The notes under the pieces are model-generated. The model was not told the origin of the DNA. It saw nothing but the letters and a program-made list of their open reading frames with translations, and did no database searches. DNA of 64,000 bases from Mobula hypostoma. Taxonomy: Eukaryota. Below are positions 61,791 to 64,000 of the stretch, piece after piece (positions within the stretch are counted from its first letter, which is position 1; every line of letters begins with the position of its first letter). The stretch lies in assembly GCF_963921235.1 (NCBI RefSeq), contig NC_086097.1, positions 106,270,001 to 106,334,000 on the forward strand, written 5' to 3'. Position numbers and translations under genes: made by a program.

Positions 61791-63099
61791 CTGCAAGAAA
61801 GGCTGCACTGATTTAAAATACCGTATGCTATAAATACATTAGAATCAGCAAACTAAAGCAAGGTCTTAAATAAATGGTTGACTGGTATAGTAAAGAGTTC
61901 TAGATGGAACTTTTTGTTAACCAGCCAGGAAAATATCACATTGCAGATTTCTTTGTACTTAGATGTCTATACAGAAAATCAGTTAGACACACTCCATTAT
62001 GATAAGCTTCGAAAGCATGAGCCTTAACATAAGTATTAAATAAAACTGCACGGAAGCCAAGAACACACAGAATAGTCACAGTACCCCCAATCCACCCTAC
62101 AATTCTTCTAGCAACCAACACACAAGCACTGAAATCTACCAGGAAGTTTACTTTTAAACTTCTCTGAAGGATAAAATAAAACACAATAGGCTTTCGGTAA
62201 TGTATTGTATTTGTTTTTATATATAAAATTATTTTTAGATGTATCTGCCGTGCAGGATGCACTAATACCATAATTTTAGCCAATCTGGCTCTGTACAAAT
62301 TTGTATGACTCCTGTCTGTACATTGTCATTTATGATGAATCCACTAAAATAGTTGGTTTGATCACAGTAAAAAAAAAATCATTTTTAAAATATAATGCAT
62401 CGTTTAACAGGAACAGACTTCGTTTTAAAAGATGCTTTACCCTATTACCTTCTAGGTGTTTGCATACACATTAGACCCGCATTAAAGCCAAACTGAAACT
62501 ATGTGGCAGGAAACCCAAGGTAAGTTCACCTATGATGTCTCTCGTGATAAACTTTTTGAGATCCTGTATCATGCTGCAGATGCAAAGCAAATGATTTCAA
62601 ATCAATGTGCTGTGAACAGTATACTTTGTCCCCATTACACTGTGCTTGAGATTATCTGCGGTCTGATGCTATACATTTCATACAAGTTACCTTGATCAGC
62701 AATATTTTGTTACTGTGCTGATGACACTAAGTAGCAAAAAATATCATCAAAGTTACTGGACGAAGGATCAAGTGCACCACTAGTGCAGAAAATTGTAAGA
62801 ATTAATTCCTCATATACATGCTTTCCCTGCAGACTTAATCATAGCCAGCAATGAAATAATACAGCAATTTATGTCATGCTCTAAGCTGTCCCTTAGCAAC
62901 ACTTAAAGTGGCCTGAGGATGTGATGCATAGTCGGTTCACCTCCACGAAATGAAGAGCCAAATGAATTAACAGTTTCTAATTTCTCCTTGAAAAGTTCAT
63001 TTCACAACAAATGTTTTATATTTACAGCCTTGAAATTTAAATGTAGAAGAAAGATGAAACAAAGATCTGTCAGGGTACACTTTGATGCTGTATCAGGTG

Positions 63100-63420
63100 A
63101 ATAGAAAGATTATGGCCTCATGGAATAAATAGAGCAAAAGAAACAGGTGCTCTTATTGCAGGTGACTAATGACATAGAGTGCAAAAACAAAGAAATCAAC
63201 CTCGATTAAACAATGATTTACCTAATACTGGAAAACTGTTTCCAGTTCTGGTCATTGCATTCTTGGAAGGAGCTGAAAACATTATTTACGCGAATGATCC
63301 CAGGAATGAAGGATTTCAGTTGCACAGACTGTTGAAGGTGCAGGTGTTGACTTTAGAAGGTTGAGAGGAGACTGAATGAAAGCATTCTTGAATTTACTGC
63401 CTGAAAGCATGAACAAGGGA
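63100..63420 (+). mobile_element. Ancient CR1 3' fragment
   Basis: CAGTTCTGGTC (QFWS), GATCCCAGGAATGA, AGAAGGTTGAGAGGAGAC. Confidence 0.45.
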
Positions 63421-64000
63421 AGTTCCAGTCTGACTTTTATAAATTAATCAGATTAAAGAAAGCCACAATAAAGATGTAGGTTTATTGAAAAAGAACCAGG
63501 GTACAGAAATTGATGGCACTGTTGTCTTGATGGGCTACCATCAATATTTTACAATGTTTGGACCAATATTACACACTAAGGCAGCCTTTTTTGATGAGGA
63601 AGTCTATTGAAGTAAATGATGTGTGTGCTAACCAGCTAGGCTGTGGGCAGCAATGAGTCATTTTATAATGCACAAATGAGGTTTGAAAAAGAGCTAACAT
63701 TTTATGTTTATGGCTCTCCCAATTGCTCATTTGGGTAAGGCAGCGATTAGCAGAAACATAAAAACCACAAAGATTGCAGGTTTGATCCCATATCTATGAT
63801 GAATTAGATATTGGATTAATGTCAGAGCAGGAGACAGTAATGGCCCCAAGGGCTACTTCCTTCATTGTGTGCACAGAGAAACATTAACTAGACCTTAGTT
63901 GCTGCCAGGAAAAAGTGAGCTTTTTAGAAAAGTGTCCTTATCTCATTGTATGTCCAGTATAGGAATAGATAAAACTACAATTAAGTTCTAAAAACAATAT

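Overview
Eukaryotic, repeat-dominated, non-coding (intronic or intergenic) DNA with no recognisable host protein-coding exon. The mix of CR1 LINEs, Rex1/Babar, Penelope-like elements (PLEs), V-SINE-like SINEs and Tc1 suggests a cartilaginous fish, probably a ray or shark (inference). All long ORFs in the track are retroelement or transposon remnants. Highlights: (1) about 11 copies of a minimal type I hammerhead ribozyme motif in PLE termini. (2) Four independent fold-back PLE insertions, each with two inverted arms carrying the hammerhead region, one arm with an extra ~25-50 nt tail, and 13-15 bp target-site duplications (TSDs). (3) Two neighbouring CR1 copies whose breakpoints appear complementary and rejoin in frame, with an inverted fragment between them. 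(4) An R4/Dong-type restriction-like-endonuclease retrotransposon inserted in the (TAA)n tail of an L2, with a palindromic 5' junction and a nested Harbinger-like MITE. (5) A Tc1 with ~400 bp inverted ends and a deeply nested CR1 stack at 41.6-51.4 kb. Coordinates were read by eye; ends of old elements are approximate.
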